Source: Lytechinus pictus
Lineage: Eukaryota
Reading direction: 5' to 3'
Assembly (NCBI RefSeq): GCF_037042905.1
Contig: NC_087245.1
Span: 11,596,001-11,660,000 of the forward strand
Length of the DNA: 64,000 nt
Part shown: positions 41,900 through 53,690 of the stretch, in pieces
How positions within the stretch are numbered: position 1 is the stretch's first letter
How the letters are laid out: every line of letters starts with the position of its first letter
Notes under the pieces: generated by a model
Seen by the model: the letters and a program-made list of their open reading frames with translations, nothing else
Databases searched by the model: none
What the model was told of the DNA's origin: nothing
Made by a program: the position numbers and the translations under genes

Positions 41900-42287
41900 A
41901 GGTAAAGCAAAAACTTTTTTGGCACATCGTTAAAACGACGTGTATTTCTGCCAAAAAGGGCAGTAACCGAAGCGGCAGAAAGAAAATATGTTGCAGGCAC
42001 GATGAATATTTATTGTTCCGAGTGGTCTGTTGTAACTCATAATGATTATATCATGATTTCGCTAAGACAAACCATTACCTCATTTCGCACTATCGGAAAA
42101 ATGAACCCTCCGAATTACAAACCCTGTTGCCTCTTTAAGAATCTTTGGAATAACGCCACAAACTCGCTTGCCCCTACTATTTACTCTTCAACGTATTCAT
42201 GGTATTCGGTCATTAATTTTTGGACTACAATTTACGTGTTTCGGAATAACAAATAATGAAATAAATAAATTTGAATTTGAATTTGAA
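41900..42287 (+). mobile_element. Decayed LINE 3' end
   Basis: LWNNA-like motif in ORF 42002..42256, followed by aataaataaa and a (TTTGAA)3 tail. Confidence 0.45.
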
Positions 42288-42666
42288 ATAGTCCAAGAAA
42301 AATAAGGTTTTACCCCAAACAAATTGCAATAGATTTTTTTCACCGCCTTCAGTCCCAAAATGACATGCTAAAAGTCCCCCAAAATATCAGTGGTGGAAAG
42401 GCGTCCAATTTGCATAAATCCAATATAGCTGTCATTGTGAAAATTTCATGTTAATCTTAGTAGTACAAAGGACAAACTTAACTTGCATCTCAACCTTAAA
42501 ATGAATTGACAAGTCGTTACACTTAAGAAATGTTCATGCTTCAATCACTGAAATTTCAGAATTGTTATGATCAGACCAGTGGCTCAAATTCTACCAATAA
42601 TCATGTAAAATTCCCAGCCATTTTGGATATATGCAAACTCTACATCTTTTCTGTATCCATTGACAT

Positions 42667-43969
42667 TAGGGTTGCCAAATTCCCGGGAATTTTCGCAGTG
42701 CATGGAAACTTTCCATGGGAATAAACGGGAATTTTCAAGAAATGTTGGGAATTTTTAAAAAGTAGCAAATTTGTTATATTCACATACAGGAATTGAAAGG
42801 ATTATACCCTGGGAGATGATGATTGATTGTGCTTCGTCAGCAATTAAATATCACAAAAGATATGAATTTAATAACAATCACTAATCTCAATCAAACTTAG
42901 TGCATGTTTTCCCCCTTCATGAAAATGTATTAATCTTTATTTTTTTCAAAGTCAGCCATTATATTAATATTTCTTGCCCCCCCCCCCCAATTTTTTGGGG
43001 GTGGAGGGGGGGGGGGCATCTCAGAAATAAATTAGTAATTTAACATTGTTCGTTCCTGGATCTGATTTTTCCTATTTAAAGACTCAAGCCAGTACCATAG
43101 CTGCTGATGGGATTAGTCTGCTGTGCAAACCTAGTCTGCAGGCACAGAAACATAAATCAACAAGTGGGTCTCCACAAAGACTAGGCACTAACACATACAA
43201 AACTTGCTATTTCCTGAGCGAGAGGGCCTTCGGTACACAAGGCATGAGTAGGCTGCACATTCAGACCCTTAACTCGAGTGAAGGCTTTGCACAGCATTCC
43301 TTGAGTGCAAACCCTTCACTCAAGGAAAGTCGTCTGAATATGCAGCCTAAGGTTTCTGTCAATGACTTGTGTTCAGAAGTTCCCTTTGTTCAACCACGTA
43401 ATAGGTCCATGGTTCAACAGAAAGTTGTATTCGTGCTAATCGTGTGTGAAGGCCCATTTGTGGATCAAAGTTTCAATAAGGGTCTGTGCGTGCAGACTGC
43501 ATGTAGGGGGCACTGTTCTATTAACATGCTATTAAGTAATTGTAAATGGAAGGCAGGTTCTTACATGTATATATATATATAAAAACCTTGGCATTTAAAG
43601 AAAATAAAAAATAGTGTAGTGCACAGTTTTATTTTATGTTCATGTTGAATTAAAAGCTTCATTTTGTATATTATGCTCCATCAAGTTACTGGATACATAT
43701 TTGTATACATGTCCTATAATGTATTTATGTACAGTTTGATGAATATTTTATACCCTGGGCAATTTAAACAATGAAGAATAGTTTAAATACAAATGAAAAT
43801 ATAACATTTGAGGATATCAATTTATAATTTTGTATTTAAAAACACAATATATCACTTTTTGTGAAAAAATGAAAAATTCCCCAAATTCCCGGTAGCTAAA
43901 AGAATTCCCGAAACTTTCTATGGAAATTTTCCAAAATTTCCGGAAAGTTTCCAGCCCTTTGCAACCCTA
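42667..43969. mobile_element. 1.3-kb non-autonomous hAT-like element (TAGGGTTGC...GCAACCCTA)
   Basis: TIRs, ggaaa/ttcc subterminal repeats, and an 8-bp TSD attgacat/attgacct. Confidence 0.85.
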
Positions 43970-44656
43970 ATTGACCTTGAAGCCCTCGGGGTCAAATGTC
44001 ACAACTTTCAATAGGCCTACTTTTCTCTTGAAATTATAAAGGGACCGTACATGCTAAAATTAAACAACTATTTGCGTAACCTATAACGAAATAATGATGC
44101 AATACATCCGATTTTCTAATATTTCGCGGTCAATGATCTTTTAGGTTTTCAATGATCCTTTAGGTCATTGACCTCTAGAGGTCAAATCTGATTTCCTTCC
44201 TTCCTCATATCAAAATGAAGCTTATGGTAGGATACAACACTGATCTAGATGGTGAAAGTTTAATGCGTTAATCATAATTGTTAAATGTGTTATGATCAGA
44301 CCAGTGTTTGTACTACTATTCATGAAAAATTCTCACGATGGCAGCCATTTTTTATTTATGCAAATTAGACGTCTTTCCACCACTTAGATTTTTCTGGACT
44401 TTTATTATGTCTTTTGGGGGGCTTTGTGGAAATCCATTGTGCTGAAATAAAATAGAATGCAATTGTTACACTAAAGGCATATTTATAATAAACCGGTGAT
44501 GCTAAGTGTCAATATTCTAAGATTTTAAGGTCATTGGCATTTGCTATATAGCTCTCAAGGATGAAAGGTCAAAATTCATACACAAAACTCTCTCTCTAGA
44601 ATATCAGGATACCTTGAAAGTCAAAATTAACTAACCAGTTGACTGTTGACCTTTAA

Positions 44657-45244
44657 AGGAGAATGAAACTCTTGGAGCAAGTTAGCTTTTGTGAAAGCAG
44701 AAAAATCAAAGAATAAGATCAACAAAAGTTTGAGTAAAATAGGACTAGCAATAGAAGAGTTATGAGCATTTGAATGTCGAGATCACTAATGCTATGGAGA
44801 TCCTCCCATTGGCAATGCGACCAAGATCTATGATGTCACAGATGAACAACTCTCCCCTTTTGGACACTGAAAATATACCCCAAAACATCTCTTTTTGCTC
44901 ATTCTAATCATAAGACAAACGATTCATCAATGATATAATGTTGTGAAACCTCTGTATATTGTCCTCTCATAAAGAGAACACCTCACCTTGTGATAGACTC
45001 TATGATAAAAGTGAGAATATAAGTGAAATAAGTACTTAAGTAATGAGGGAGTTGTACGTGTGTGACATCACAGATCTTGGTCGCATTGCCAATTAAAGGA
45101 TCTACATGGCATTAGTGATCTCAATATTCAAATGCTCATAACTTTCTTATTATTCATTCAATCTTCCTCAAACTTTCAACAATATGTTTCTTTGATTTTT
45201 CTCTTTGATATGGATTCAGCTGGTTTCAAGGGTTTCATTCTCCT
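44657..45244. mobile_element. TTAA-flanked long-TIR MITE (Kolobok-like), AGGAGAATGAAAC...GTTTCATTCTCCT
   Basis: TTAA at 44653-56 and 45245-48; about 190-bp inverted arms. Confidence 0.9.
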
Positions 45245-45699
45245 TTAAGGTCTTTGAATGTTTTGGTCAGATCAGTCTTTTTACTACTAGGCCTACCAAT
45301 AATCATGAAAATTCTCACGATGTCAGTCATTTTATATTTAAGCAAATTAGACGTCTTTCCACCACTTACTAGACTTCCTAAGTTAGCTAATCGTTTGTGT
45401 TTTTTTTTCATTTAGGACACCCCCCCCCCCCCCACCGTGTAGAAAATCACAATCACTGCCCGATCGGAATACCGATCAATTGACTACCAGAAACCAATAT
45501 CCCACCAATAACACATGACCTTTCATTTTAAACAAAATTTGCAAGAGAATATTTCAATTCATAATATTGAATTTAAATGAAATATTTAAGTTAATTATTT
45601 TTTTAAACATCATGCTGAACAAAAATCTCATACTGTAGCATGTATATCATTGACATAGAAAATCTACCGGGGAAATCCTATCGGGTCTCAGTATCACTG

Positions 45700-46673
45700 C
45701 TGAAGATAATTAATTATTGTCTGTAAAGATGACGGAGAAAATAATAGGCCTCGTCTGTTAGAGAAAATAATACCCTAGCCTTATCTTTTGGATAAAATGT
45801 CGTGTTGGAATGGGGGTTAAAATTACGTTCCCCCGGGGAGGATTGGTCAGGTACTGAACAAGATAATAAACGTGACAATCATTCACACAAAATTAACGAA
45901 TCATTATCCGGAGGGGTGTGTACGGAGGAAATAATGGCACATGGCTCGCCGGATATGCGCTGTGTGTGTATGCACAGCAGTGTTTTTTTCCTGCGTGGGA
46001 TCCCGATTGCTCTTTCTCCACACAGAATTAGTGTTGCGGATATTTATTTGGAAATATTTTGCGGAATATATCGTCTTCAATCAATCTTTAATCAGGTATT
46101 TAATATATTTTGCCACTGAGCAATTAATTTCCGAATCGACCGACACATTATCCTGTATTTTGTTTCGAAGTAACGCAATCTTTGTTCAGACATCGCGTGA
46201 TTTTTGTGCAAGAGAGAGGAAGCAACCAAAATGAAACGTTTTTCTGTCGTGTGTGTGAGCGAGAGACGAAGCGAAGGAATAGATCTCGATCTCCACTTTT
46301 CATTTTACAGTCATGATTTGGGATTTAGATTGATACCAAATTCTTAAGATTATTATGTGATATATGTGTATGTATTGATTGTATACATGCTTGCGGACAG
46401 TCCTTTTGATTTTTTTCTTTGATCGAACTTGTGAGTTTGTTTTAGAGTAGGAAGAATGTGAGCACTTTATTTTGAGTTGGAGCCTCCGATCTGCGGCTCT
46501 GCCTCTGAAAGTGGAGAGGGAGAGAGGAATCATGAACTCAAAAAGTTGTAAAAAAAAGTGATCATCGCCTTTATTTGTCAATCGCCTTGGGGTCTGAGAC
46601 AATCAAGAACGAGTCTTTGCAGGGAACATTTAGATCTAGACTGTATTTAATATTTTAATCTATCTTTTTACAG
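45700..46673 (+). promoter_or_regulatory. Probable promoter / 5'UTR exon region of UBE2E
   Basis: Unique, relatively CpG-rich sequence immediately upstream of the ATG exon. Possible 5'UTR donor ACTT|gtgagt at 46430/46431. The TSS cannot be determined. Confidence 0.45.
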
Positions 46674-46701
46674 GATTGTTTGCAGGCTATTGAAAGGCAA
46701 A

Positions 46702-46910
46702 ATGCCGAATAATCGAGCGACTGAGAGCCAGCCGTCGGGAACAACACCTTCAAATCCAGCTGCTCCAAGCTCATCGACTACGACGAGCAGTCGACCATCT
46801 TCGGCTGGCAGTGGTGGTCGACGAGGTGGGCCTTCACAGGAAAGAGGAAAACCGAATCATTCTATGGGCAAACCAGGTTCCAAGGCCCCACTTAGCTCAA
46901 GCGCCAAAAG
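46702..46910 (+). CDS. UBE2E: Ubiquitin-conjugating enzyme E2 E-class (UBE2E1/2/3, Drosophila UbcD2-like), first coding exon: Ser/Thr/Gly/Pro-rich N-terminal extension ending ...KAPLSSSAK(R)
   Basis: Acceptor tatctttttacag|G (exon starts 46674), ATG at 46702, donor AAAG|gtttgc at 46910/46911 (phase 2). It joins in frame to the 52010 exon to give [24 protein letters not shown], the start of the UBE2E UBC domain. Confidence 0.93.
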
Positions 46911-48154
46911 GTTTGCCAATAATTTCTCCCCTCTTGATACCGATTTTAAATGGTATTTACAGTCAGCATGCCGTGAACAATCGGAGGTGATTTTAGTGTG
47001 CGTACCGTGCCGTAGCACTATGCGATCAATAGCATTAATCAGAAAACAGCCATTGACATGATGTGTATGTAAAGTCCACTTCACCGCTCCACTTACTGGC
47101 GAGCTACCTAATTTGCATATAAGCTAAAAACTGTTATCTCTCGAAAATTAGACTCTGAATAACCAATATGTATATGTTTTTGGGTCCCATTCACTAATAT
47201 AGATCGCAATTTTCCATTTATATCAGGATATATGTTACCATAAGCGAGAAAATCGCAATTTTCAGATCAGAAGCTTATAACTCGCACACGCTGTGTACAG
47301 CATGCACGGTGCACGGCACAGCAAATTGAGCCCTCCTTGGTCGTGAGTCGGGGTTTGCGATTTTGTGTGTGGATTGAAATCTTGAAAGAGTGACTCACAC
47401 AGGGCGAGAGTGATGAACTAATCACAAGACGTTTCTTTTGTTCCATAGTTAATTCTATTTTGTACTCGGTTTGAAGTCTTTTATGTACTTTTGTATGGAC
47501 AAAGTTTACAAAACAAAATTTGTAATAGCCCCAAGCCTTTATACCTGGCCCCATGGCCATACATTACCCTTGTTCTTGTAGTATATATGTCGTATAGCGC
47601 ATGGCAGCCCAGCCTAACACATTGTAGTTTTGTACATTGTTGACATTGACAGGAGCAGATGGGGGCTTTGAGATAATGGTCTTAGCCCCCAAATCAAAAA
47701 CAGTTCTAACTTTGAACGGTTAGTAGGATCCATGGTTCCCTTCCAGACAATGTTTGCCTCCATTTTCCTAGAATTGCCTGTTAATAAAATAATACAATTT
47801 TTTATGTTGCATCAGATTTTTGCATTCGTTAAACTTACTTGAAGGGGCTGGTCAACTTGATTTATGTGAATTTTTATGTGAAAAAGTAATTTTCCATTCT
47901 TTTTTCACATTTACATACTTTCTTACAAATCTTAAGACCTGTGACTGTCTTGACTGCACTTTCTGTTTGCCTTTTTTTTTTTTTTTTCATATTCCGGTAA
48001 TAAGCAAAGCCATTAAAGATCCATAATGCTTTCTGAGACAACCACGTGTACATGTAGGATTATTAACAAATATCCATAGGTGTGGAACATTACATTTGAA
48101 ACCCTTGCCTAAGTCCTCTCAAGAAGAAGACTTAGGCCAGAAGTCTTCTTCTCA

Positions 48155-48391
48155 AATAAATTTTGCCCAATACGCCATGATCAAATTTTTTGGCTCATTT
48201 CACCACTGGTTTAACGAATGAAGAAATAGGCCTAGATCTTAACAATCCATCAAATTAAATGTCTTCTCAAGAAGAAGAGTTGTAATTTGATGGATTGTGA
48301 AGACCTAGGCCTACATGTATTTCTTCATTCTTTAAACCAGTGGTGAAATGAGCCAAAAAATTTGAACATGGCGTATTGGGCAAAATTTATT
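48155..48391. repeat. About 237-bp near-perfect palindrome in a UBE2E intron
   Basis: aataaattttgcccaatacgccatg...catggcgtattgggcaaaatttatt, centred on tcttctcaagaagaaga. Confidence 0.9.
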
Positions 48392-49205
48392 CTAAAAAGT
48401 TGCGAGCATGCAAACATTTAGACATTTATATATTGAAAAAAAAATCAAATTTTGATTGATTTTGATAAGATATTAAGAAAGTAATCTTACACATTGTACA
48501 TGCATTCAAGGCTCTACACTTATTTTTTTTCTTGGTGGTCCAATCAGTCCACCACAATCATCAATTTCATTTTTGGGTGGCCCGCGAAGCAAATTTGGCG
48601 GCCCTTAAACAATAGAAAACAATTTATCAAAACTTTAGTAGCCCAATCAGGTCACCAAGTGTGGGTTTTTACATAATTTTGTTGGCCCGACTCTCATTTT
48701 TAGTTGCCCCTGGTCACTGCTACAATGTAATGTGGAGCCCTTATGTATGTTGCCTTTACATGTATCTCTTTCCTTTTCTCCGTTTTCTTTGTCATGATTT
48801 TTTTTAGGGGGGGGGGGGAAGCACCCATCTGTATGCACATTAAAATACTTACATGTGCCACTTTCATACTGACAGCCGAAGTGGTGTAACTCCGGAGTCC
48901 AGACTGAGTTACTCACTTTGGGGGGCAATATGAAAATTCTAGGATTATTTCGATCCAGATTCAAAGCGGAGTACGGTACTCAACCCACTTTGAGAAGAGG
49001 GTTACAAACGGAGTTCGTCCGCAACGTCTATCTCGCGCGTAACTTCATTCGTTTCCGCATGTATGGCGTGAACTCAAAGGCCAATCAAAGGGCATCCAGA
49101 GCCATGACCTTGTATTAATTCAGGCCTTAATTTTCATTAGTTATTTGGTCCTCTATGTTATGATGGTGCATCAAATTCCAGGTTATGACATTGACATTGG
49201 TTTTA

Positions 49206-50667
49206 TTGTCTCACCTGCATAGCAGAGTGAGACTATAGGCGCCGCTTTTCCGACGACGGCGGCGGCGTCGTCAACACCAAATCTCAATCCAAGGTTAAGT
49301 TTTTGAAATGACAGCATAACTTAGAAAGTACATACATGTATGGACCTTATACTAAATAGGTTCATTAATTTATTGCGGATTGAAAGAATCGCTAGAGGGT
49401 ATTCATTTGTCTCGCAATCTATATAGACCTAGTTCATCAAACTTGGCCATAAGGTTAATCAAGTATTACTGAACATCCTGCCTGAGTTTCAGGTCACATG
49501 ACCAATTTCAAAGGTCATTTAGGGTCAATGAACTTAGACCATGTTCGGGGATCAACATCAAAATCTTAACCTAAGGTTAAGTTTTTGAAATGTCATCATA
49601 ACTTAGAATATACATGTATATGGACCTAGTTCATGAAACTTGGACATAAGGTTAATCAAGTATTACTGAACATCATGTTTGAGTTTCACATCACATGACC
49701 AAGGTCAAAGGTCATTTAGGGTCAGTGAACCTTGGCCAAATTGAGGGTATCTGTTGAATTACCATCATAACTTTGAATGTTTATGGATCTGATTCATAAA
49801 ACTCAGACATAAAAGTAATCAAGTATCACTTAACATCCTGTACAAGTTTCAGGTCACATGATTAAGGTCAAAGGTCATTTAGTGTCAATGAACTTTGGAC
49901 AAATTGGGGGTATTTGTTGAATTACCATCCAAACTTTGGAAGTTTATTGGTCTACATGTAGTTCATAAAACTTGGACATAAGAGTAATCAAGTATCACTG
50001 AACATCTTGTGCGCATTTCAGGTCACATGACCAAGGTCGAAGGTCATTTAAGGTCAATGAACTTTGGCCATGTTGGGGGGGGGGGTATTTGTTGAATTAC
50101 CATCACACATGTATCTCTGTAAGTGTATTGGTCTACATGTAGTTCATAAAACGTGGACATAAGAGTAACCAAGTATCACCAAGCATCTTGTGCGAGTTTC
50201 AGGTCACTTGACCAAGGTCAAAGTTCAATGGACTTTGGCCATGTTGGGGGTATTTGTTGAATTACCATCATAACTCTGTAAGTATATTGGTCTAGTTCAT
50301 AAAACTTGGACATAAGAGTCATCAAGTATCACTGAACATCTCATGTGAGTTTCAGGTCACATGACCAAAGTCAAAGGTCATTTAAGGTCAATGAAATTTT
50401 GCCATTTTAGATGTAATTATTAGATTGCTGTTATAACTTTCAAAGTTTACAGATATAGTGTATAAAATGTGGATATAGGGGTAATCAAGTATCACTGACA
50501 GGTTTTAGGTCACATGATCAAGGTCAAATGTCAATGAACGTAGTATTGTATCGTTATATGAATGGTGTTTTTTGTGAATAATGATTTTATAGTAGTTTTC
50601 AAAGTCAGCACTGCTGCTATATTGAATTGCGTGATGCAGGTGAGACCGCCAGAGGCATTCCACTTGT
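49206..50667 (+). mobile_element. Helentron-associated/DINE-1-like element with about 7 internal ~163-bp tandem repeats
   Basis: Subterminal IR gtctcacctgca (49208) / tgcaggtgagac (50635), a GGC-rich mini-satellite/hairpin near the 5' end, a 3' small hairpin region, T-rich flanks and no TSD. The aatcaagtat register recurs at 49457, 49654, 49817, 49986, 50167, 50320 and 50483. Confidence 0.75.
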
Positions 50668-50911
50668 TTTCAATCGGTCTACATGTACATGTACCTCCCA
50701 GTCTACATGTAAGTAATGGTCTACTGTCAAATTGATCAAATTTCCGTGGGGAGTGTGGTCTACGTTACTCTTGGTCTAGTGTAATTCTCATTTCTAGTCT
50801 AATGCTGAGTTGGTCTAATTTCCACTTTGTCTTCATGTACATGTACATGTATTTTTAGTTGTCAAATGAATACCTCATTCATAACCATTTTGAATAGTAC
50901 ACACATGTACA

Positions 50912-51578
50912 CAGAGGCGTCGATCCTGGGGGGCAGGGGGGGCGATCGCCCCACCAATGAAAATATTGGGGGGGCAAACATATCATTTTGCCCCCCCAAT
51001 AATTCCGGATATGCATTAAAAAAAAACAAGATTGTAATGTTCAGCAAGCGAGATTGAGATACACAACTCGTTCTTTATTTAAAATCGTGCTCAAAATGTC
51101 CGCTTTTCAGATTGGAATATAAAAATTTTCAGCTCGCGCTTCGCGCTCGCATCATTTCTGTAGCAAAAACCCATACTTTTCATGATTAAATTGGTGAATG
51201 TAAATGTCCCATTTTCAGTTCTAAGCCTCAAAAGAACTGCTTCAATTTGCAATCATCTTTTCTTGGATATATAGCTTGTTCTTTATCAAAAACGTCCAGT
51301 AAACTGTCATTTTTTCAGATCGAAATATCAAAATTTTCAGCTCGCGCTTCGCGCTCGCATCTATTCTCTTTTAGATACAAATCTTAATCATTGGTACCAA
51401 AAATGCTTAGAATATCAAGTTTTCAGCTCAGAATATAAAGAAATTTGAGCTCACTCTCGGCACTCGTACTATCTGTGTAGTGAGATACGTGTCTGTGTCT
51501 CATGAGTCATACATATATATAGATATATACATATATATATATATATATGTGTGTGTGTATATATAATATATATATATA

Positions 51579-51623
<45 letters not shown>

Positions 51624-51694
51624 TGTACGATCGAGCGCCTTTGGAACGTTAATGATTTCGCCCCCCCAATCTGAAAAATGGATCGACGCCCCTG
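50912..51694. mobile_element. hAT-like MITE (CAGAGGCGTCGATCC...GGATCGACGCCCCTG)
   Basis: Perfect 8-bp TSD catgtaca (50904-11, 51695-702); internal tttcagctcgcgcttcgcgctcgcat repeats (also at 20393-20520); TA/TG microsatellite at 51510-51610. Confidence 0.9.
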
Positions 51695-52009
51695 CATGTA
51701 CATGTGTAAGTGTTAAAAGATCAAGCGGTTATTAGATGTCATGGGTGAAGCTTAAGGCCCTAGCTAGAAATTCAGTAAAATTAATGGGGTATTGGGCATA
51801 TTAAAGTTGATGGATACCATGTGAGACAAGAGTCACAAGACCCACTGTTTCCCCAGCTAATAAAAACAAATTTCCTGAAATTCAGTGACATTCCATGGAA
51901 TCTTCAAGTTCTTTTTTTAATTAGATAATTTAATAGAGATTCAAATATTTTACACACTGTAATATTTGTCTTTCTTTCTTTCTCTTTTCCCATTTTCTAT
52001 TTCATGCAG

Positions 52010-52060
52010 GATCCAGAAGGAACTCGCAGAGATAACCCTCGATCCACCACCAAATTGCAG
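52010..52060 (+). CDS. UBE2E: UBE2E 51-nt internal exon encoding (R)[16 protein letters not shown](S)
   Basis: Long polypyrimidine tract + ttcatgcag|G ATC CAG AAG GAA CTC GCA GAG ATA ACC CTC GAT CCA CCA CCA AAT TGC AG|gtaagt, phase 2-2. The peptide is the canonical UBE2E helix-1 sequence. The next exon (expected SAGPKGDN...) was not found in the window. Confidence 0.96.
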
Positions 52061-53049
52061 GTAAGTGTTAATTTTTCTGGGTTTTTTACATATCTTTATG
52101 ACGATATGTGGCGTGCCAATAAATCCTCCGGAGCCGACTGGCTTCTGCAGAAGCGAAATAGCAGTATTTACTATTTTTGTCTCTAAAAGCATTGTTTTGG
52201 ATCAATTACTTTTGCAAATTTCAAATTAGTAATGGACAACAGAAGCCCTCGTTTTATCTGCATGCCGACACTGTGCGACACAACATAAAAATAATCATGA
52301 TAAAAAAGACATGCAATTTTATAATTACTTTAAAAAATGACTAATTTCACAATTTTTCTGACAATTTGCGCTATTTTAGAGCTCACTCTTTGTGAAAGAT
52401 GTTTAAATATGGCCATATTTTGTATAATAATTCATGTGTGTTCTTACTGGAATCTCAGATAATGTATCTTTTAGTATTACCGTACTCAAATTATGGTTAT
52501 TTCTGTTCGCTGATACATGTACCTGTTAAGCCTACAAAATGTACTAAATTTAATGCATCATGAAGAACTGACCAAACCAAATTAGAATCTAATTTTATCT
52601 TGTTACTCCGAGAAACTGTCGTCAAATAATGTTTCTATTGTTGAATCACCTGTTTAAAACACACTATCTTGTCCTTGTCTCGTCACATGGGGTTAAAGCA
52701 GGCTGGTACTATTAAAACAGGTATATTCCTAATTTCCTATCCTGCCTAAGACATAGGTCTGCGTTAATAGCGGTACTCAATATCGCAAATTGCATTGTTC
52801 GTATACCGCGCACAAACTTTTCTACTTTGTTTGATGTTTGTTGTTTTTATTGCTGATATTATTCTGAAAGTTCCTGATTTTTTGAGAAATTTATTGGAGT
52901 ATGAAAAATAAGTATGAAGAATATGTCATTTCTTATCAAATGTTAACAGCCAATCATAAAATAGCAATTTGATGATGTCATCAGTCTTTGAAAATACTTT
53001 TTTTTAATTCAACAGTGAGATTACCATTAGAACCAAATTTAACCTTTAA

Positions 53050-53585
53050 AGTGATCATTTCACTTTGTTCTGATTTAAAAAATTTCATTTGGTTCTTGAA
53101 AATGGGCTAAATATTTATAGGCTTTTAGTTTAGTGTAGAAACACCATTCCAAAAGTTTCAAAGTATAATATCTACAGGAACAATGTTAAAACCTTGGAGA
53201 TGTAAACCAAAGTTTAAAAATAATTGGGGGTTGGTTTCAATGACTATGTACATGTATGTATACAGCAAATCTGTGCACCACAACTCAAGATGAACACAGC
53301 ATGACCAACATGTGTACAGTGCAGCTAATAATAGCCTGTGTATAAGAGACACACACAGCAGAAGGCAGTCAACATAGCCAATAGAATTTTTGATTGGAGA
53401 AAACTGGTCATAAGCTGACCCTGTCTACTAGACGGTTCTCAAAATAAATTGCTACTTGTACCTAAATTAGAGTTTTTCATCCTATAGGTTTTTAAGGACA
53501 TATACAGGCACTCATAAAAATACACATGTTTCATCTCAGTTTGAGAATTGTTTAAATCAGCTGCTTACAAAGTGAAACGATCCCT
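53050..53585. mobile_element. TTAA-flanked MITE (AGTGATCATTTCACTTTG...CAAAGTGAAACGATCCCT)
   Basis: TTAA at 53046-49 and 53586-89; degenerate long TIRs. Confidence 0.75.
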
Positions 53586-53690
53586 TTAATACAAAAGTTT
53601 GAGTAATGGGTTTTGGCATACTTTCGATCCATTCTTGTCCACTCTGTGGCGACGTCGTCAACTTCAATCTTAACCAAGGTTAATTTTTTT

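Noticed and set aside
43046..43582. 178-aa ORF inside the hAT-like element
   Set aside because: TTG start, no transposase or other recognisable motif, and it runs through a hairpin insertion.
46911..47061. C-terminal part of ORF 46690..47061 (FANNFSPLD...)
   Set aside because: Read-through into the intron past the donor at 46911. The UBE2E sequence continues at 52010.
49400..50530. Regularly spaced repeats suggestive of a CRISPR array
   Set aside because: The whole ~163-bp unit is repeated with no unique spacers. The context is eukaryotic and there are no cas genes.
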